Assembly (NCBI GenBank): GCA_001940845.1
Contig: MSGV01000023.1
Coordinates: 404,355-468,354 of the forward strand
DNA from: Christensenellaceae bacterium Phil7
GTDB taxonomy: Bacteria > Bacillota > Clostridia > Christensenellales > CAG-138
DNA: 64,000 nt
Direction: 5' to 3'
Of this stretch, positions 60,567-64,000 are shown one piece after another. The notes beneath the pieces were generated by a model. It saw nothing but the letters and a program-made list of their open reading frames with translations. It searched no databases and was not told the DNA's origin. Positions within the stretch are counted from its first letter, which is position 1; each line of letters starts with the position of its first letter. The translations under genes and the position numbers were made by a program.

Positions 60567-61196
60567 ATGTCGGAAACCAATAATTACATCTATGTTTCTG
60601 GGGTGATCTCTTCCCCACCCGAATTCAGTCATTCGATATACGGAGAGAAATTTTATAGATTGTTTTTGAATATCAAAAGGCTCAGCGAAGTTGAAGATCG
60701 AATTCCCGTAACCATAAGTGAACGCATTATGCCCGATGCTGCAAGAGGAATCGGAGCTCATTTCAGTATCATCGGACAGATACGATCTTATAATCAAAAA
60801 ACGGCTAATGGAAGCAAGCTGCTGATAACCGTCTTTGCAAAAGAAATCATCCACGATATGAGTTCAGATAGAGATACAGATTGCAATGAATGCGAACTGA
60901 CCGGTTTTATCTGCAAGCCTGTTATTTATAGAACCACTCCATTCTCCCGGGAGATAAGCGATGTGCTGCTTGCCGTCAACAGGAATTATGGAAAATCAGA
61001 TTATCTGCCATGCATTGCATGGGGCAGAAATGCCCGCTACCTGAAGAAGCTTACCGTGGGCAATGAGTTATCCATAACCGGAAGGCTCCAAAGCAGAGAT
61101 TACCGAAAGCTGCTGGATAATGGACAAATGGAAAATAGAACCGCATACGAGATAAGTTGTTCAAGCATAGAATTAATTGAAACAGATTTCCTATAA
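60567..61196 (+). CDS. Tandem OB-fold, SSB/PriB-like protein
   Basis: Two repeats of an SSB-like pattern (N.IYVSG.I...PEFSH..YGEKFY.....KRLS...D.IPV and CELTGFICK.PIYR.....REISDVLLAVNR......DYLPCIAWG). GGAGG RBS before ATG 60567. Confidence 0.55.
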   Translation: MSETNNYIYVSGVISSPPEFSHSIYGEKFYRLFLNIKRLSEVEDRIPVTISERIMPDAARGIGAHFSIIGQIRSYNQKTANGSKLLITVFAKEIIHDMSSDRDTDCNECELTGFICKPVIYRTTPFSREISDVLLAVNRNYGKSDYLPCIAWGRNARYLKKLTVGNELSITGRLQSRDYRKLLDNGQMENRTAYEISCSSIELIETDFL

Positions 61197-61228
61197 CTGG
61201 GAAGCCTCATATCGGCTGGCACAGGAGA

Positions 61229-61378
61229 ATGGTAATTCAATATACATGCGATAGTATCATTATGGTCGGAAGAGAAATGTCTGCAACGCGAGTGATGAGA
61301 AATCTTGCAAAGTTCATTGAAGAGAAACTAGGGCTGAAATTAAACCAACTCATTGGAGGTTTGATAAACTACTTCTAG
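61229..61378 (+). pseudogene. Relic of a group II intron reverse transcriptase/maturase (5'-truncated, internally deleted)
   Basis: In-frame translation MVIQYTCDSIIMVGREMSATRVMRNLAKFIEEKLGLKLNQLIGGLINYF. It matches the RT-5 to RT-7 consensus (RYADDfvilvrS..eAervm..l..Fle.kLgLklN) with YADD decayed to YTCD. It then jumps straight to an RGWxNYF-like motif. Confidence 0.55.
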
Positions 61379-61455
61379 AGATTAATCTCAACGTTAAATT
61401 ACTACACTATGGGTATGTTACTTGTTAGGTTGATTGAACCGCATGCAGATTATGT

Positions 61456-61497
61456 GAGCAGGAGAAATTTCCTCGTATGAGGAAATTTCTCCTGCTC
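61456..61497. repeat. 19-bp perfect inverted repeat with a 4-nt loop
   Basis: GAGCAGGAGAAATTTCCTC gtat GAGGAAATTTCTCCTGCTC. There is no adjacent U-tract on either strand. Confidence 0.9.
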
Positions 61498-61549
61498 GAT
61501 CACTAATTTAATGCTATTTTGGTAAAATCAGTCACATCAATGACTGGTC

Positions 61550-62308
61550 TTAACTTAAATTTACTTTTTCATATTTTAATTCTCTAATTTCATCAAGAGT
61601 TAGTACCTTAGTACCATTAATAACAATAATCGCATCTCCACCTTCAAATTTAACATCGTCCTTAGAATCAAACTGGTAAACAGAGTAGTAAGCGTCTCCC
61701 CAGTTGTATTGGATTAACTTGTTATCCAATGTAATAATTCTAAACTCTGATGCATCTCCATAATACATTTTACCATTTTCGACAAATAGTGATGTTCCAT
61801 CTTCTCTCACATAGAAAAGCATAAATTGGGTATCATAACGATTTTCCCAGGTGGCCATCAAAAATACTCCACCTTCGACATTTCTTGCAACCATTATAAA
61901 CTTTGTTTCAAGAAGTGATTCCGGAACTTCCCATTCTTGTATTAGTCCTTTTCCTCTTCCCCAATGTTGAAGTACAGCTTTCCCTTCTTTATTTCTATTC
62001 AAACACCACTGGGAAACATTCTCCTTAAGTTCTTCTCCATAGCGGCAAGGTCCCACAATTTCCACATCAGTGGGTATTATGCCAATAGGGTCTATAACCC
62101 AATTTTCTGGCAATGGTGTTGCCGTAGGCTCGGGCGTAGGAGTAATTTCAGGGGTTACCGCAAAAGTAGCAGTTATCTCAGCACTAGGTTTAGCCGTTTC
62201 CAGGTATGCTGATGGCTTTTTCTCATCATCCTTCGCACATCCTGTCATACTGATAATTGTACCCAGAACCAGTCCAACCGTTATTGCAAGCATTGCATTC
62301 CGTTTCAT
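61550..62308 (-). CDS. Hypothetical lipoprotein
   Basis: GGAGG RBS. Signal/lipobox MKRNAMLAITVGLVLGTIISMTG|C, Pro/Thr/Glu-rich linker, ~170-aa beta-rich domain of unknown function. Confidence 0.7.
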   Translation of the reverse strand: MKRNAMLAITVGLVLGTIISMTGCAKDDEKKPSAYLETAKPSAEITATFAVTPEITPTPEPTATPLPENWVIDPIGIIPTDVEIVGPCRYGEELKENVSQWCLNRNKEGKAVLQHWGRGKGLIQEWEVPESLLETKFIMVARNVEGGVFLMATWENRYDTQFMLFYVREDGTSLFVENGKMYYGDASEFRIITLDNKLIQYNWGDAYYSVYQFDSKDDVKFEGGDAIIVINGTKVLTLDEIRELKYEKVNLS

Positions 62309-62475
62309 TTTGTTTTCCTCCTGGCCCTTGGCCAATAATCTCATATAATCCGAATACTGTCCGAATACTTTTTAACTATAGCACATTTCTCGTTTTATGT
62401 CAAATAAATGAAGTTAGTTTTCTTTAAATTCAAATTATATTTTTTCATTTCAACAAATTTTTTCTTCAAAGTTTT

Positions 62476-62679
62476 TTGTATTTTCAAATTTTGAAGCAAG
62501 CAAAGCAGGCTCTAGAAAATGAAGGCTATGCCTTGGAGGTTATCATCTTTGATGACTACATACTCCCGAACAAAGCTTTGAGCGAAACAAACTATTTCCA
62601 GCATACCCATTATCTTAATAGCTATAATACTTCCAACAATACCGATCTAGTATCCGCTGCCCTTATACACTATGAATAA
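62476..62679 (+). pseudogene. Fragment of a MetQ/NlpA-family methionine-binding lipoprotein gene
   Basis: ILKQAKQALENEGYALEVIIFDDYILPNKAL...NYFQHTHYLNSYN...DLVSAALIHYE matches the central part of MetQ (FxDYxxPNxAL...ANYFQHxPYL). It lacks the signal peptide and the C-terminal half, and has no ATG or RBS. Confidence 0.5.
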
Positions 62680-62776
62680 TTCGGGCTATACGGCAACGGG
62701 TTTTATTCGTTTTTTATTTGCCGCTCCCCAGAGGGAGCAGCGTAGTTCCGATCAGAGCAACGCCGCCGCCAGCCAT

Positions 62777-62808
62777 GTTTCAATCCACGCTCCGATAAAT
62801 TGAGCGAC
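62777..62808 (-). repeat. Solitary 32-nt sequence resembling a type I-C CRISPR repeat
   Basis: Minus strand GTCGCTCAATTTATCGGAGCGTGGATTGAAAC. The GTCGC 5' end and GCGTGGATTGAAAC 3' handle match the I-C repeat class as I recall it. There is no second direct copy in the window, so this is not an array. Confidence 0.4.
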
Positions 62809-63053
62809 TCACTAATAACATATCAGCAGAATTTCATCGTCCTATTGCAATTCAAATTCCCCTTCACAGGGAACAAAGATTACAATAACTTTATGAGATC
62901 ATTATAGCATACAGGCATCGGTGTATTGACGTAAAAATGTATAAAATTAACACAAAATCGCAATATATTTTTAAAGTATTGTTGAAAACATTGATATAAA
63001 TGTTGTATACTGAAATTATCTTATTAAAACGTAGAAAGTTGGCGAGGTTTAAT

Positions 63054-63833
63054 ATGGAGAATTGGATTCTTATTATCATAATTGCAATAGGTGTTTTTTG
63101 CACACTGAAGGTAGCCGAAAAGCAAAATGCCAAGAAACAAAAGCAGCTTATTGACAGCTATGAAAAATCCGAATACTTTTTACAGACGCACATACCGTAT
63201 AGGATGATGATTTCCGACCGCGGCAGATTGGGCGAATACCTCATATATTCAGATTTGAAATTACTTTGTGACTATAAGAGGTTTTTGTTCAATTTATATG
63301 TACAAAAACCAAATGGAGAAACAACTGAGATTGATGTGGTTATGCTTCACGAAACGGGCATATATGTATTCGAGTCCAAAAATTTTAGTGGTTGGATCTT
63401 CGGCAACGAAAATCACATGTATTGGACGCAATCGTTGTCGCTGAGCCGCGGCAGAACGGAAAAGCATAGATTCTTTAACCCAATCAAGCAGAATATGGGG
63501 CATGTCAAATGGCTTAGTGCATTTTTAAATGATCCATCTCTATCATTTTATCCATTCGTTGTTTTTGGCGATGATTGTACTTTAAAAGATGTTACCCTTA
63601 CTCAAAGCGAACAAAGGGTCGTGTGTTTAAACAGTTTGTTTCAATCGGTAAAATCATGTTTTGATGATTCTACGCCCAGAATGCCAAAGGAAAAAATAGA
63701 TGAACTATACGATAAGCTGTATCCGCTGACACAGGCCGATGATGCAGCCAAGCAAAACCATATCGATAACATAAACCAGATTTACGGACAACCCTCGGCA
63801 TACCCAGAATACCAAGACGCCAGCAACTTCTAA
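63054..63833 (+). CDS. Membrane-anchored NERD (nuclease-related) domain protein
   Basis: N-terminal TM helix (WILIIIIAIGVFCTL). NERD pattern RGRLGEYLIYSDL...EIDVVMLHETGIYVFESKNFSGWIFG...W. Confidence 0.8.
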   Translation: MENWILIIIIAIGVFCTLKVAEKQNAKKQKQLIDSYEKSEYFLQTHIPYRMMISDRGRLGEYLIYSDLKLLCDYKRFLFNLYVQKPNGETTEIDVVMLHETGIYVFESKNFSGWIFGNENHMYWTQSLSLSRGRTEKHRFFNPIKQNMGHVKWLSAFLNDPSLSFYPFVVFGDDCTLKDVTLTQSEQRVVCLNSLFQSVKSCFDDSTPRMPKEKIDELYDKLYPLTQADDAAKQNHIDNINQIYGQPSAYPEYQDASNF

Positions 63834-64000
63834 TCAAGCGATCTGGCGCACGCGCATCATCGCATAGCAGCACAGCTTTGACACTATGATGTGATCTATC
63901 AGCGTTATGCCGAATGTGGCGAGATAGCAGAGCAAATAGCGCGTTGACACAACATCAGACATAGATGGTATGCAGCTTCCGGATGGGTGGTTATGTACAA
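63834..64000 (-). CDS. RadC-like JAB domain protein, C-terminal 54 aa only (the 5' end lies beyond the right edge)
   Basis: My own translation: VHNHPSGSCIPSMSDVVSTRYLLCYLATFGITLIDHIIVSK... This carries the HNHPSG...PS..D JAMM motif. Its stop codon abuts the NERD gene stop codon. Confidence 0.75.
   Translation of the reverse strand, partial: VHNHPSGSCIPSMSDVVSTRYLLCYLATFGITLIDHIIVSKLCCYAMMRVRQIA

Noticed and set aside
61430-61460. Group II intron domain V downstream of the RT relic (GAACCGCATGC)
   Set aside because: Only one half of the expected 34-nt helix is present, with no complementary 3' arm (..GCATGCGGTTC). It is probably truncated, so it is not annotated as ncRNA.
62718-62808. Calling this a CRISPR array
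   Set aside because: There is only one reasonably intact repeat-like 32-mer plus one partial copy in the opposite orientation. There are no regularly spaced direct repeats or spacers and no cas genes in the window. I report it as a relic or repeat, not as a CRISPR feature.

Overview
This 64 kb window is a chromosomal segment from an endospore-forming Firmicute, probably class Clostridia. Spore-formation markers are a gerA-type germinant receptor operon, two alpha/beta-type SASP genes, CE4 deacetylases and a Spo0A C-terminal-domain protein. GC looks moderately low by eye, and SD sites are GGAGG-like.

Most of the window is densely packed housekeeping genes:
- uvrC (truncated at the left edge), lepA, hemW, proS, glyA, eda, trmL
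- a 4-gene Na+-translocating oxaloacetate-decarboxylase-type operon
- tig-clpP-clpX, rqcH, plsY, malQ, ksgA, glyQS, rpmB, glsA, tRNA-Arg(CCG), deoB
- scpA-scpB and asp23-yloV-recG

The more unusual content is:
1. A tightly coupled cobamide nucleotide-loop cassette, cobT-cobU-cobS-(mini cobU-like)-cobC. It is headed by a xylose-isomerase-like TIM-barrel gene that fits the CbiR cobamide-remodelling family. It has a consensus promoter and no room for a B12 riboswitch.
2. A translationally coupled VTC/TTM-domain plus DUF4956 membrane protein pair, a possible non-PPK polyphosphate machine.
3. A secreted PBP5/DacB homologue in which all three catalytic motifs are mutated.
4. A lipoprotein serpin with an intact inhibitory hinge.
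5. A phosphoglycosyltransferase-GT4 fusion with no other polysaccharide genes nearby.
6. A receiver-less Spo0A effector domain.
7. An Lsa-like ARE ABC-F gene behind a roughly 235-nt leader with a 6-codon uORF and mutually exclusive pairings.
8. A decayed accessory patch in the last 3 kb. It holds a group II intron RT relic, a 19-bp perfect hairpin, a MetQ fragment, relics resembling a type I-C CRISPR repeat, a membrane-anchored NERD protein and a RadC/JAB gene truncated at the right edge.

I found no clearly novel multi-gene defence system. The novelty claims are inferences from motifs read by eye and need HMM, structure and experimental checks.
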